Shown here in pieces: positions 12,262 through 26,964 of a stretch of DNA of 64,000 nucleotides (position 1 is the stretch's first letter; the number at the start of each line of letters is the position of its first letter). The position numbers and the translations under genes are program-made. A model generated the notes under the pieces. It saw only the letters and a program-made list of their open reading frames with translations. It had not been told where the DNA came from and made no database searches. The DNA is from Eledone cirrhosa (lineage: Eukaryota), in the NCBI GenBank assembly GCA_964016885.1, contig OZ024743.1:231942001-232006000 (forward strand), in the 5' to 3' direction.

Positions 12262-14094
12262 GTGTTAAGCTCGCAGTCACCTCCTCTAACCACCTCATTG
12301 AAAGATATCGAAAATGTCGTCAGTTTTGAAAATACGATGTCGGACGTTGATTGTAACACCAACACTAACACAAACACCAATAACATGCAAATTATAAACA
12401 ACACCAACCAGAACAACAACAACAACAACACCACCACCACCAACAACAACAATGATAACAACAACACCACCAACAACCACAGCAGCAACACGAACAACTC
12501 CACAAACAAGGAAAACATTTATTTTGCTCAAACCGTCCAAAAGACGGAACTGTTTACATACCTTGACATTTCCAATGCTAGGGAAATGTTAAGCGATGCA
12601 AAACAGTATGTAACTTTTGGTGAGAGTGGTGCTTTCAGCATCACTTCTCCTCAACAGTTACGCAGAGAAACTGTTCTAAAAACAGTAATTTTTAGAACGG
12701 TTTCAAATGTGTCGAAAAAACCAGTTCAGTTATCCCAAAACGATATTGAACCTTGTTCTGAAGAATTCCATGAAGGATATTGCCTTCATCCAAAAAGGGA
12801 AACTTTTTGGAAACCTTTCGGTGTTGTTGAAAGACCAATTGACAGCACAAAAATATTCTGTATCGCCGATTATGTCCCTCCTTTACACATTTTCCCCCAC
12901 ATATATGGGAAAAAGAACTAAAAAAATTAAAATGTTGAACATTGCAACAAATGTAAACGTCTGGTGGATTCTAACTGGCTTCATCGATTTCGACGAAGAC
13001 ACCATCATTTCGGTGGGAAAGTCCTCCAAAGGCACATTCAATGGTACAAGCATGGAAGTTCTGGTCCAAATGAGGCCAGAACGGATAGCTTAAATACCCA
13101 CAACGTGTGCCTCTGGATGGCATTTCACACATAAACATTTCTCTTGAAGGTAGGCGGCCTTCATGTTACCACTGTTTAAGCAGAGGTCACCTGAAGGCTT
13201 ACTTTCCTCAGTTAACTAAAAAAAAAGAGGCACTACTGCCAACACCCAAAACAACAACACAACCACCACCACCACCACCACCACCACAACAACAACAACA
13301 ACACGCAAACACAACCAAAACAAGAACAACAAACCAACCTGCAAGCACAGTCCCATCCAACCCCACTCCACATAAAACCACTGCAAAAACACCCACAAAC
13401 ACAACAGCTCCCCAAAACATGCCCCTTCCAAATAACACAGACACCACAACGGACGAGGCCCCCACATCATCACCAAGTGCTGATGAGGGAGAGCCTTTCC
13501 TTTCGAAAAGAAAGAAGAAAAGACACCACAAGAACAAAAAAAACAACAAATATCACTACAAACATACAACCACCAACACAAACAACACACACATTACAAA
13601 CAAAAAACCCCCGTCCCGAAAACGAAACCACGACATCACTCCAAACACAAACACCTACAACAAAACGAAAGCTCCCACAAGAACAACAGACAAAAACCAC
13701 CGCAACACAACAAGAACATTACACATACATAAACAGTAAAAACAAAACTTTAATGGAGGTCATCTCCAACGACCTTTCGGTGAAAATCGAAGAGAAAACC
13801 TTTTAGAACTGTGTAGACAAACCTAATTTAAAGATGATTAGGGTCCCTACGGACACCTATAAGTCTTTAAAGGAAAACTTTCCTAAGGATGTGGGTAATC
13901 CTTGTGTTAAACCCATTAACCGCGTCCTTTTAAAACGTTTCCCCACCCTCACCCCAGACACAGCCAGTCCAGACACCCCCAGCCCACCAAACATCTGCGT
14001 CCCCACCCCGCCGGAAACCACCAGCCACCCAGACAACTCAACTAACACCCCCATGGAAACCGTGCGGCCTGATCCCCGGGAGACGAAGAGGTGA
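12262..14094 (+). pseudogene. Tx1 copy 3 ORF1 remnants
   Basis: N-rich tract, ISLEGRRPSCYHC knuckle and P/T-rich tail, spread across several frames. Confidence 0.72.
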
Positions 14095-14131
14095 GTGTTT
14101 TCTTCTCCTCTTTTAACTTTTCAGAACCAAC

Positions 14132-17100
14132 ATGGCCAATATAAGAGTTGGGTGTGTGAATATACGCGGCCTGATGATGCCCGGGAAACAGGGCAAACTC
14201 TTAAACGACCTCAGGTCGCACAGTATGGATGTAGTAGCCATTTGCGAGTCCAGGATCCACAGCGAGCGACAGTTGGCCCCCATCTTCGATGACTTTGAGA
14301 TCTACGCATCTCCCTGTCAGCCGGGGGGTGGGGGCGGCGTTGCCGTTTTGCTGCGGAAACATCTGGGCCTCGTAACACAGACGGTACATCTGGACGTTGA
14401 CGGTAGTGAAGCTAGAGGCTTCAGGCTGGTGGCTGCATATGCCCCATCCGGGACACCGCGGCCAGACTTCTTCAAACGTCTAGAGACTTTTCTGGGAACG
14501 TCCCGCTCCTTGCTTTTAGTGGGGGAGTGGAATGGAATCCTAGATGCACGTTGGGACTATGTGGGAGCATGTCCCGATAAAGGGGGGTGTAACATCCTCA
14601 CACACTTAATCGGCCGATTTGACCTGGCCGATAGATATCGACTAGATTTTCAGACTGTGCCACTGTGGACGTAGTCTGACCACAGCGGAACATCTAGATC
14701 GTACCTAGATAGGGTTCTAGTTAGAAATAAGGATAGGGACATGTTAAGCTGTCCACAAATATTCATGGTTGCCTATTCAGATCACAAACTAGTGACCTGC
14801 ATGGTCAACCTTGATAGAACCCATAGACAAGGACCCGGCTACTGGAAGCTGAACTTGTCGTTACCGACATGCAAAGTCTACAGTAGACGGATTAGCACTT
14901 TAGTTAAACAGCACTTGACAGGGGCCATTGTCACAACAGATGGTGGTACTCTCTCAAGAGGGCAGTTAGATTAGATTCGTTAATCGTTTGTAAAGAATTA
15001 GTGTTATATAGAAATAGAACCGAGAAAGAACTGGTAGATAAAGTAGAAGAGGCAATTAGAAGTGGTAGCCAGCGTGCTAGCAACGAGAACGGCCTTGGAC
15101 CAGTTCTTCGACGCAAAGCATGAGGGCTGCGTTTTCAGAAGCAAAATACGTGCTCTGGGAAACGAGGGAGTCAAAGCTGTTAGCTGGGCCCGAGTTATGG
15201 AGGAAAAAAGTGGCAACAAGTCCACGATTCGGTCTTTGAAGGACCAAAACGGACGCGTGATATGTGAGCCGAAGCAGATTTGTGCGGCCTTTCAGCGGCA
15301 ATTTGCTCGGCTGTTCGGGCAGGGCGGCGCGCCAACAGGGTCTATGGATTTCGGTCCATACCTCGACGGCCTACCGCGACTCTCGGACAGCGAGGCAAAG
15401 TTCTTCGAAAAGCCGATTTCAGCCGCTGAGATAGGGAACGCGTTGAGCCAATGCGGCAAACACAAATCTCCGGGTCTCGACGGTCTACCTTACGAATTTT
15501 ACGTAGCAATGCCGGACTTAATCTCCGGTCTCCTGGAAGCGGTCTACTGCAACTGGCAACAGAACGGGAGAATTCCCAGTTCTGTGACCAGGGGTGTAAT
15601 CACACTAATCAGGAAGGACGTGAATAAGGGGGATGACATAGGCAACTTCCGGCTCATAACTCTGCTAAACACAGAGTTACAGATTTTGGCCAAGGTGTTG
15701 GCAAAGAGGCTGGCGCTTGTCATCGAGAACCTGGTTGGAGAAGCGCAGACATGCGCAATCCCGACCAGGTCCATACACGACAACCTCCACCTCATGCGAT
15801 ACATTATAGAGAGGCTAGGGTTTAAACCCGGCTTCGTTGGGGTTCTGATCAACTTGGATCAGTCTAAGGCTTTCGATAGGGTTGACCATCGTTACCTGGA
15901 TGCGGTGCTCGAGGCGGCAGGCTTCTGATCCGTGTTCAGGGGCTGGATTGCTGCAATGCAATACAGCAACATTTGCTTAAGGGTTAAGGTGAAGGGCTAC
16001 CTCTCGGAGCCGTTCCATATCACGCAATCCATTCGACAGGGATGCCCTCTCTCCTCCCTTCTGTACGTATGACTCTCGAGCCACTACTTCGGAAGTTGGA
16101 GCTATTGCAGGGCATCCTTCTGGAACCGGGACTACGAAAAGCGGCGTTGGCCTACGCCGACGACGTGACAGTAATGGTGTCGAGCGCCTCGCAAATCGAG
16201 GAAGTCGGCACCTTACTGAAGGAATACGAAAGATTCACAGGAGCGAAGCTGAACCGGGACAAGTCCATCAGTTTGCAACTCGGATCGTGGAGAGGCAAAC
16301 CGATGCCTTCCGATGGCGCCGTCGGAGGCTGGACGGAAGGACCAGTAAAGCTGCTCGGGGTCTGGTTTGGTCCGGACCTCCAGGTAGAGAAGAACTGGAA
16401 CGAGGTGTCGGCCAAGATGTTTGCACTCACCCAGAAGTGGGCCGAGCGCAAACTATCCTTGAAAGGTCAAGCGGAGGTGGCGAACACTTTTATAGCGTCC
16501 GCCATCTACTACCGCTTGACCGTCGTGCCTTGTCTAGCCAAAACGCTCGCCAAAATGGAGCGCGCGCTCTTCCAATTCCTTTGGAAGAGGCGAACTCCTT
16601 TGGTGAGAAGATCCATCTGCTGCCAACGCCCTTCCAACGGAGGGCTGGTGTTGCCGTGGCTGACGATGCGCAAACACGCGCTCAGGCTGCGGCATCTTTA
16701 CGTATTCCTCACCGGACAACCGGTGTGGGCCCCGTTCGTGAGGCGAGCCTTCCCATGATTCGTCTCGCTGACCGAGCTGCAGTCCTGGGTCAAGCAAAGA
16801 CCGAGGGAAATGGGCGACTGGCACATCGAATGTGCTCAGGCGCTCACAGCCTTCTGGCAGGGGGACCCGGCGATCAGTGGAGACTCCACTTCGTCATTCT
16901 ATAGTGGGTTGATCCGCAGCAAGTGCGACGACGTGCTCTGTGAAACTCTGGGCGTAGAGGAACACGAACTGGCCAGTCTGTTCGGTAGGACCTTCCGCTC
17001 GGGACCGATAGACAACTTCCAAAAGTCCCTGGCCTGGCCTGGTACTCCTACCGAGGAGCTCTACCAGTTCGAGACAAGCTCTACAGACATGGGCGCCCGG

Positions 17101-17540
17101 GCAGGGACCCTGCAAAAAAGATCTGTCCAAGATGCGTACGAGACGAAGAAACCGTCGCGCACGCATTCATACACTGCCCGGGCGTCACCGACCTGTGGGG
17201 CTATGTGGAACGACAAGTGTCGGGGGTGGAACCAATCCAGTTGATCACCGAGTCCCTTGACATAATCTAACCGCCACCCTCCTTCAAAAACGAAGGAGAG
17301 GCGGTTTTCCTTTGTGTGATAGCTATGGCGAAAGAGATTGTATGGTGGACAAGTTTGAAAGGGCTGAGGTCAGACACCTAACTCTCCGGCCAACAACTGA
17401 TTCTTTTTTTCAAATACCACTTTAGAAGAAGAATCAGGATGGAGAGAGAGGTGCTGTACCCCAGCAAGTTTTATGAAAGGTGGGTGAAAGTGGCGAGAAT
17501 GGCCCGAGTGAATGGCCCTTCTCTCTATATCAGCCTGTAG
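14132..17540 (+). pseudogene. Tx1 copy 3 ORF2 (APE-RT)
   Basis: CVNIRG, YSDH, KSPGLDG, DQSKAFDRV, AYADD; several stops and frameshifts. Confidence 0.9.
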
Positions 17541-17820
17541 GTTGAGGAAAAAGAGGAGGAGAGGAAAGGAGTACAAACTCTTCGTACTCCTGGAGATGAA
17601 GGTTGCACATTTTTTTTTCGGGGTTATGTGTTACCCATATGTAATGTTTCCCCCTATTGGGTAAAATCGCTTAATTTTTAAATTGCATTTGTGATAATAT
17701 TTTACACGTTTTTATTGTATGTAAACTTCCCCCTTTGTATTTGTCCCCTTATTTTGTGCCCCTGTGACTAATAAAGAAACATATCTATCTAACTATCTCT
17801 CTATCTCTCTATCTCTCTAT

Positions 17821-18200
17821 TTAGGTACCACTTTAGAAGGAGAATCAGAGTGGAGAGAGACGCACTGCACCCCAGTAAATTTACTGAAAGGTGGGTGAAT
17901 GTGGCAAAAATGGCCCGAGTGATTGAGCCTTCTCTGTATATAAACCTGTAGGTTGAAGAAGAGAGCAAAAGCAAGAAAGGAGCACTTGCACAACACGCTC
18001 CTGAAGTTGAGGGTTGTTCTATCTACGGGGTATTAAACAACCCATTTGTGACGCCTCCCCCCTATTGGGGATTTCGATTGTTAAATTTGTTTCTTTCAAT
18101 ATATTTACACGATTGTATGTAAAATCCCCGGCATATGTCTGTGTTTTGTCCCTTTTTCTTTTGCTCCCTTGTGGCAAATAAAGAAATCTATCTCTCTATT
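17821..18200 (+). mobile_element. 5'-truncated Tx1 3' end (copy 4)
   Basis: Repeats the ORF2 end (taccactttagaagg...cctgtag), the CCCC-TATT-GGGG motif and AATAAAGAAA-tctatctct tail of copy 3. Confidence 0.85.
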
Positions 18201-18240
18201 TAAATGTTATTCTAAAATGTGACTTCAGTTCACTTACTGT

Positions 18241-18650
18241 TTACAAATTCTTATTATTGGTGGCTATGGCTAAAGAGGTCATGTGGTCGCTGCGTTTGAA
18301 ACGGATGAAGTCGACGAAGCCTTCATTAGGTATTTCAGTTTTCACTTGAAGAGGAAAATCAGAGTGGAGAGGGAAGTGTTGCCTTCTATCCAATTTGTTG
18401 AGAGGGTAATGAGAACGGCGATCATGTTCCGAGTGAATGGGCTTGTCTTGAGTATACACCCGTGGATTGGTGTAGAACAACTGGGAAGGGACACTTACTC
18501 TAGCAGACAAGATGACGGTGGCGGTTTAGGTGTTTTCTCCACAAGTGACCATCGGAGTCTCCACATTTTAAGAAAATTTGTTGCTTGAATTTTTAATGTT
18601 TGTTTTCTTAGTTTTGTTATAAATTTTATTTTCCAAAAAAAAAACAATGT
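18241..18650 (+). mobile_element. 5'-truncated, older Tx1 3' end (copy 5)
   Basis: AMAKEVMW and FHLKRKIRVEREVL...RVNG are homologous to the ORF2 C-terminus. Confidence 0.8.
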
Positions 18651-18789
18651 ATCTTCCTGTGCCGTATTTAATGTTTTCTTAATGTTAGTCGCGTGTGCTT
18701 AATTTACGGCATAAAATTAAGTCCCTTTACGTCCCAAAACCGCTGAAGTTAGTTTTGCCTTTCATTCTATTTTCTGCAATAATCCTGTC

Positions 18790-19085
18790 TTGATGGTAAT
18801 TATTGGCTTCTCTAGGTACGGATCTAACATTTTATTAACTGCTCCTAGTGCGCCAACCACAATCGGTACCATTTCTGCAAGTCTGATTCTCCAGAGTTTA
18901 TTGATTTCTCTCTTCAGCTCCTGATATTTTTCAACTTTCTAATTTCCTTCTCATTGACCTATGTTGTCCCATGGTAAAGCAATATCCACAATACTTGCCT
19001 TGTTATTCCGCTAATCTACGCCAACAATGTCAGAATTTCTAGGCATGATAAAATAGCCATACTGGTTGATCATGTCCCATGTAAC
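18790..19085 (-). mobile_element. Remnant of an RLE-type (R4/Dong-like) non-LTR element, restriction-like endonuclease region
   Basis: Manual minus-strand translation: SDIVGVD..ASIVDIALPWD..KVEKYQELKREINKLW..MVPIVVGALGAV. Confidence 0.75.
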
Positions 19086-19116
19086 CAACTGCGATTATTT
19101 TTATTATATTATTATG

Positions 19117-19291
19117 CAGTATCAGTAGAGGGTCGGACACCATGCTTTGCAGCACAGTTACGTCCCTTTACAGATTGAGTTCAAGTCCCGCCGAGTTTAA
19201 CTTTGCCTTTCATCCTTACGGGGTCGATAAAATAAAGTACCAGTAATACACTGGGATAATTGCTGGCCTTGTGCCAAAAGTAGAAACAATT
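19117..19291 (+). mobile_element. tRNA-derived SINE (octopus OK/OR-like, Nin/Deu-like core)
   Basis: B-box-like GAGTTCAAGTCCC, core CCTTTCATCCTTACGGGGTCGATAAAATAAAGTACCAG; seven copies in the window. Confidence 0.85.
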
Positions 19292-19299
19292 ATATATAT

Positions 19300-19376
<77 letters not shown>

Positions 19377-19378
<2 letters not shown>

Positions 19379-19540
19379 AAAAAAAAGAGAATAAGTGTTG
19401 CGACGAAAGGAAAATTATTGGTCATATTACAATTGTTTCTAGGGCGACCAGCTTGATGCACGATCGATGTGGTGCTCAAACCTGACTCTGAAATCGCGCG
19501 GTCCTCGGATACGTCTCGATTCTACGAAGCAGATGTTCCT
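19377..19540 (-). mobile_element. TA-anchored element end with a degenerate type I hammerhead (same family as 46306-46627)
   Basis: Minus strand gtat-CCGAGGA...GAAACAATTGTA-ATAT; similar to both arms at 46.3-46.6 kb. Confidence 0.6.
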
Positions 19541-20681
19541 ATTGTCATTTTACATCGAATTCTTTCGTTTGTTGATTTAGATCCTATTGTTGTCATTCCA
19601 TTGGTGGTCAAGAATTGTACACGTCACCCTGTAATTGTTAGATGTGTTTATTATATATATATGTCATTCGATTTTTATTTTTATTTAATTTTAATATATG
19701 CTCGGATTTATTACTTGGAATCTTTAAGCTTATGCCACATATGATATGGCACATGCTTCTGATATTCTCAGACATAGTATCTTTAATCTAATTTTCGTAG
19801 TATCTACGGCTCCTAAGTATTCTATTATTACAGCTTTTTACGTTGGACTCCGTTGCTATTTCTAGCTATCGATAACCTTATTCACACCACGGGCTTGGTC
19901 CTGTTGGCACTTTTTGTATAGTAATCCTAGCACTCTATTTTTTCTTTAATTCTAAAGCATGGTGTGTCTCATATGCTCTTCTGCGACATCCATCTTTATG
20001 AAGGATTATTAACACAACAAATTAAAACATAAGTCAGAAATTTATTTGATTGAAGCTTTCTTGTCTCAGCTGTAGTAACATTTTAATGAAAACTTTTGGA
20101 ACGTTTTGATGAAGAATTGAATTTCGAGAAATTAGGAAAAAAATGTTTAGAATATTTTGAGGAACGTTTTCTTTTTTCTTTTTTTTTTAATATTTGACTC
20201 TTAATGTGTTACAAATTTGGCTTTCGCCTAACCTGTTCACTGTCTCCTTTTCTCGTCACGGCGGCAACAACCATCAGCCCCTACACCATCATCAACAAAT
20301 ATACATAATCTTCTCTATCATTTTAAGATATTTCTATGCAAACATACCTTTGAAAAAAAAAATCAAATAAAATAAAATAAAATAAAAGTGATTTAGCAAT
20401 AGAATGTAACAGAGCGAGCAGATGGTTAGATTTTAAGCGAATTTAAAATGAATATGTGTAATGGTTGAAAACTTTCTATCAGATAAAAAAAAATGTTTGT
20501 TAAACATTTTACGAAATATCTCAGAAACGGTTTCCTAAAAATTTTCTAAAAAATTTTCTAAAATTTTGATGAAAATATTTTCGATAAAGCATTAGGAAGA
20601 ATCCCTCCTACATTTATTTACAAACTTGTTCCTCAAAATGTTCCTCCAAATTCTCTTAATATTCAGTCGTAATTAATCATA

Positions 20682-20806
20682 TCTTCTTCTTCTTCTTCTT
20701 CTTCTTCTTCTTCTTCTTCTTCTTCTTCTTCTTCTTCTTCTTCTTCTTCTTTTTCTTCTTCTCCTTATCCTCCTCTCCCCTCCTCCTCCTCCTCCTCCTC
20801 CTCCTC

Positions 20807-20838
<32 letters not shown>

Positions 20839-21160
20839 CCTCCTCCTCCTCCTCATCCTCCTCCTCCTCCTCCTCCTCCTCATCCTCCTCCTCCTCATCC
20901 TCATCCTCATCCTCCTCATCCTCCTCATCCTCCTCATCCTCCTCATCCTCCTCCTCATATTCCTACTCCTCATTCTCCTCCTCATTCTCCTCCTTCTCCT
21001 CCTTCTCCTCCTCCTTCTTCTCCTCCTCATCTTCCTTCTACTTCTTCTTCTTCTTCTTCTCCTCCTCCTCCTCCTCCTCCTTCTCCTTCTTCTTCTTCTT
21101 CTTCTTCTTCTTCTTCTTCTTCTTCTTCTTCTTCTTCTTCTTCTTCTTCTTCTTCTTCTT
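20682..21160. repeat. Compound (CTT)/(CCT)/(CAT)n microsatellite, likely the expanded tail of the adjacent RTE remnant
   Basis: Direct inspection. Confidence 0.95.
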
Positions 21161-21725
21161 GTGCCATGTATTCCTAGGATGTTCGTGAAAGGTGGACACT
21201 GTCCACAAGCACTCTTCCCAACTGATCCTCTCAATCCTAATCATCTCCTTTGACCCTGTTGAATCCCCTATCGAGACCAACTGAACTCATGGATGTTATC
21301 CGACCTCGTTGGGCGGGGGTCTACGTTAGGGTCTCCAGTCCGCTAGTTTTGCACGTAAAATATGTCCAGTGTTTATTTTCCTGAGACATTCTAACCACAT
21401 TTATGTAATATCGCGAGCAGTGATTTCTCATTTTGGAGAGCTCTATATACTCTTTCAAGTCACGTTATTCCAAAGACGCTTCTGAGGAACATCTTTTCGG
21501 TCAAGTGTATTTGTGATCTTAGTCGTTCGGTCATTACACAAAGTTCATAACTATAGTTAAGTGTTTGCACGAATACCAAATTCAAGATCACTGAATGTTG
21601 ATGTATGTTTATGGATGACTATGTGCTGGAAGAAATTGTTCATAATAGAGAGCGCATTACTAGGACAGACGTCTAATAAGGCCCCTCCATTCGTATTTAG
21701 ATCGGAACCACCGTTCCTTCGAATA
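21161..21725 (-). mobile_element. Degraded, internally deleted RTE-like LINE remnant
   Basis: Minus strand DLNTNGGALLDVCPSNALSIMNNFFQH (APE-like), followed by RTE-like C-terminal sequence and an (AAG)n tail. Confidence 0.6.
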
Positions 21726-23380
21726 GCTACTTTTTATTTCAGATAGCTATTGCCTACATGTGCATTGAAATATTTTCTCAGTAGTTTCCGAAAATTGGTA
21801 TTTTTTTCATTTTCTGTAAATTGTTTCTAAATTGTACAGAAATCTTTTTTGAAAATTTCCCTCATATTTTAACCAAAATTTTTTTTTTGAAGATCTTACT
21901 CAACATTTTGAAATATTTTGAGAAACATTTAAGATAAAATTTTGATGATGCTTTCAAAACGTTTTAGAAATATTTTTCAGGAAACTTTTAATTTTATAAA
22001 TCATTTTGAAGAGAATTTAAAAACAAGTATCAAGAAATTTATAGGGAACATTTGGAAAAAGTTTTGAAAAATTTTGAAAATATTTAATAAAGATTTTTTT
22101 AAGAAGTTGGAGAAAATATTTCGTGAAAATTTTGATGAATGTTTTTTTCAAACTTTTTACGTTTCAAATCTGACAAATTTTACCATTGCCTAAACGGTTC
22201 CCTATCTCCCTCCCGTCGTCGCAGATGTCAGTACCAGCTCCACCACCATAATCACTACATCCATAATCTCTCCTCTACAGTCATCTCCACATCGATCACC
22301 GAAAGAAACTTTACGTTGTTTCTATTCAAACGAACATTTGCATAGAATAGAATAAAAGCGATTTAGCTGTAGAGTTCAACAGACAAAGCAAAGGATTAAA
22401 TTTCAAAACGAATTTAACGTGAAAGTGTGTAATAGTCGAAAATTGGTAAGCATTTTACAAGTATGTCATCAAAATATTTCCGATGAATCTCACAAAAAGT
22501 TTCCAAAAAAGTTACTCAAAAATGTTCCTTTATATTTTCCTTAAAATTTAATGGAAATGTTTTCGCACAAAGTTTACCAAGAATTCAAGCCTCATTTGTT
22601 TCAAACATGTTCCACAAAACTTTCTGTAAAATGTTCTTCAAAATGTTCATCAAAAGTGTTCTCAAATCTTTTCAAAACTTTTCCAAAAATATTTGAGAAT
22701 TTTCCCTAAGCAATTAGTGAAATATTTTTCAAAATTCTTCATGTTTTGAAATTTTATGAAAGTTTTGACTAAAAGTATCGAAGAAAAAGTTGAAATTTTA
22801 GAGAAAAAATTGTTGGTATTGTTTTGAAAAGCTTTTGATAAACATTTTTAACAACAATAATAAATAAATTTACATTGGGATTTGTAAGTGGATAACATAA
22901 ACACACTTTACAGAATCTCTTACAAAAGCAAAGGATGATGAGGAAAACAATGCATAACTTTCAATAAAAGGCAATGCTAAAATAAACACCGTCAACGTAC
23001 AACAGTCACAAAAATGCACACCTGATGGAAACGTAGAAATATAACGGTTAAAACGGTCAAAAATATAGCGATAGTACATGTACTAGCCACATTTGACCTA
23101 CCAATTATTGATATGCTTTACGACATAGATACAATTCTTGCAAATGAAAATATGTGGTAATAGCATATGAGGATTTCAGACCATATAAAAAAATCTACCG
23201 GAATGGATAGGAATCTTTGAAAAGGATACAAAACTAAAAATCCGTCGCGCTTTCACTACAGGTCTAAAGGAAAAGTTGTCGACCGTGCATATATATACTA
23301 TAAATGCATAGATAAATATAAACACACATACATACATAAAGATACGTTCGCCATTGTTCACACACACATGCATATATATA

Positions 23381-23459
<79 letters not shown>

Positions 23460-23472
23460 ATATATATGTATT

Positions 23473-23534
<62 letters not shown>

Positions 23535-23798
23535 TATATATACGGCACTAGACGGAATTGTTTCTTCATCTTACATTCTCATCTCGGGAACAGTTGTGTA
23601 TGGCGCCAGTTCGTGATTTGAACTCGGGAATTTTATATTCTCCGAACGAAAAGAACCCTCTGACGAATGTCTTTCTTTTCAATAGATTTCCGCATGGATT
23701 ATCCATTTATTTTGAGACTTGAAACCGTAGGGTAAGGGTAATTACACCAGGTAATTTTAAAATTTATTTTAAAACTTTTTCTTATTTGCTAAAGCTTG

Positions 23799-23954
<156 letters not shown>

Positions 23955-24061
23955 CATATACGTATGTATATGAAGATATAGATAAATATGTAGGCATATT
24001 TATAGAAATATATATATAGATACATATGTTCATATACACGAAATATGTATATACGCGCGCG

Positions 24062-24100
<39 letters not shown>

Positions 24101-24515
24101 GTGTGGTGCGTGTGTCGGCGTGCGTTTGCGTTATCTTTTTTTTCTTATAGTGTACTTCCATACCTCATGCAATGGACTAATTATAGAAGCCAATACATAA
24201 CAAGCGAGAAAAAAATAACTGTTCATGTATGAAGCCATGAAGCGTTCGTAAAAAAGAAAGTTTTTCATCACGTAGAGACCGGCAATATATATGTTTTATT
24301 AACATTATTATTCTGATAATTCAGTAAAAAAATTATACTTACTTCCTGTAGAGTCATGCACAGAATCTCAAGTGAGAAATATGTTTATTTCTATAGTTTA
24401 AATGCATAACTTTGTAGCTACCAATTTCACCATGTTTCATTTTCTCTCTCTTCCTGTCACATTTTCTCGCTGTAATCAAACACACACTCAAACCACACAC
24501 ACGCGCGCGGCCATT

Positions 24516-24581
<66 letters not shown>

Positions 24582-24733
24582 TTCATTAATAACAATAAAC
24601 GTACATGCATGTGTGACAATATACACGTGTATATACATACACATATACATAGACATATCGACATAGGCCCATGAGCAAACATGTTTAAAATGTACATACA
24701 TAAGCAAATATATAAGGTTACACCCTCCCACAC

Positions 24734-24771
<38 letters not shown>

Positions 24772-24783
24772 GTACATACATAC

Positions 24784-24856
<73 letters not shown>

Positions 24857-24880
24857 CATGCATATATATGTATATATACG

Positions 24881-24911
<31 letters not shown>

Positions 24912-25053
24912 TTAGGTTTGTTGGTTCACCACTGGAGAGATTTGGTAATTCCGTAGGGTCAATCTTGATGTAATATTGTGGAGAGTACTCAACGTAGTGC
25001 AGTTCATCCGTCTTCGTTTGTGTAGTTGATGGTGCGATTACGGAGTTAATTAT

Positions 25054-25537
<484 letters not shown>

Positions 25538-25764
25538 AATATATAAATATATATATACGATATTAAACAAATGGAAACTATATTTATAAAACCATATTTA
25601 TTTCATTATACATATTTCAGGGATACCATATTAGAAATATGGCATGCCTTCGTCAGATAAAATACAATATATAAACAGTTTTATAAATAATTTTGACGTC
25701 CCATAAATATGAGCGACCATTAAGGTAGGAAGCTGGTTTGGTATATGTATATATATATATCTTT

Positions 25765-25807
<43 letters not shown>

Positions 25808-25871
25808 GCATACATATACATATATATATACATATATATATACATATATATATATATATTTATATATATAT

Positions 25872-25945
<74 letters not shown>

Positions 25946-26519
25946 ATACATTTATATATATATTTATATATATATATGGGTGTGTGAGTGTGTACCCTTA
26001 TATATTTGCTTATGTATGTACATTTTAAACATATGTTTGCTCATGGGCTTATGTCGATATCAGTATTTTACTTTTATTTCCTTTATATATGTTACACCAT
26101 TCTCGTTCAGTCTTAAGTATACAATTCCAAGCAATAAAACTTGATACACACATAAAAGTCTTACAAACAACATACTCATATTTCATAAATATATGTGTAT
26201 GTGTTCTCGAGTAAGTAAACAGTATATTTGCACGTTGTAAGAGGAGAATAAAAGGGTGCACCTCAGGAAAAACAGTTTTTCAAAAAGTCCAGTCTAACCA
26301 TCCCAGCTTGAATAAGAGGAAGTAAAAACTGCGATGACTGTATATACAAATTCGGACATAGCCACACACTCGCTCGCATATAAGTGTTTATTGGTAGTGG
26401 GTGAGGAGACAAATTGAAGTGTCTATATAATGTATTATATTATGTTATATAATGAAATAAATAAAAGATAAATAAAGTCTCCCAAATATATATACACACT
26501 TTAACAGCATTATAATAAC

Positions 26520-26698
26520 TGTTTCTACTTTAGGCACAAGGCCAGCAATCACCCAGTGCATTACTGGTACTTTATTTTATTGACCCCGTAAGGATGAAAG
26601 GCAAAGTCAACCTCGGCGGGATTTGAACTCAGATCGTAAACGGACGTAACTATGCTGGAAAGCATGGTGTCTGACCCTCTACCGATACTGCCAATCCA
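26520..26698 (-). mobile_element. tRNA-derived SINE copy
   Basis: Reverse complement of 19117-19291. Confidence 0.85.
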
Positions 26699-26741
26699 AT
26701 AACATTGCCTGTATAGGCATATATCGTTTTGGGAAACATTG

Positions 26742-26816
<75 letters not shown>

Positions 26817-26907
26817 AGGGAGAAAAAGACGATTATTAGGAAGAAAAATATTTTGTTTTCCTTTTATTTTTCTATTTTTACTGGGTTAGAAAATGTATAA
26901 ATATACA

Positions 26908-26964
<57 letters not shown>

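Larger units (their letters stand above)
12200..17820 (+). mobile_element. Full-length Tx1/L1-clade element, copy 3 (divergent subfamily, decayed)
   Basis: ORF1 remnants with CYHCLSRGHLKAY, ORF2 APE-RT, AATAAAGAAA + (TCTA/TC)n tail; 5' end approximate. Confidence 0.88.
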
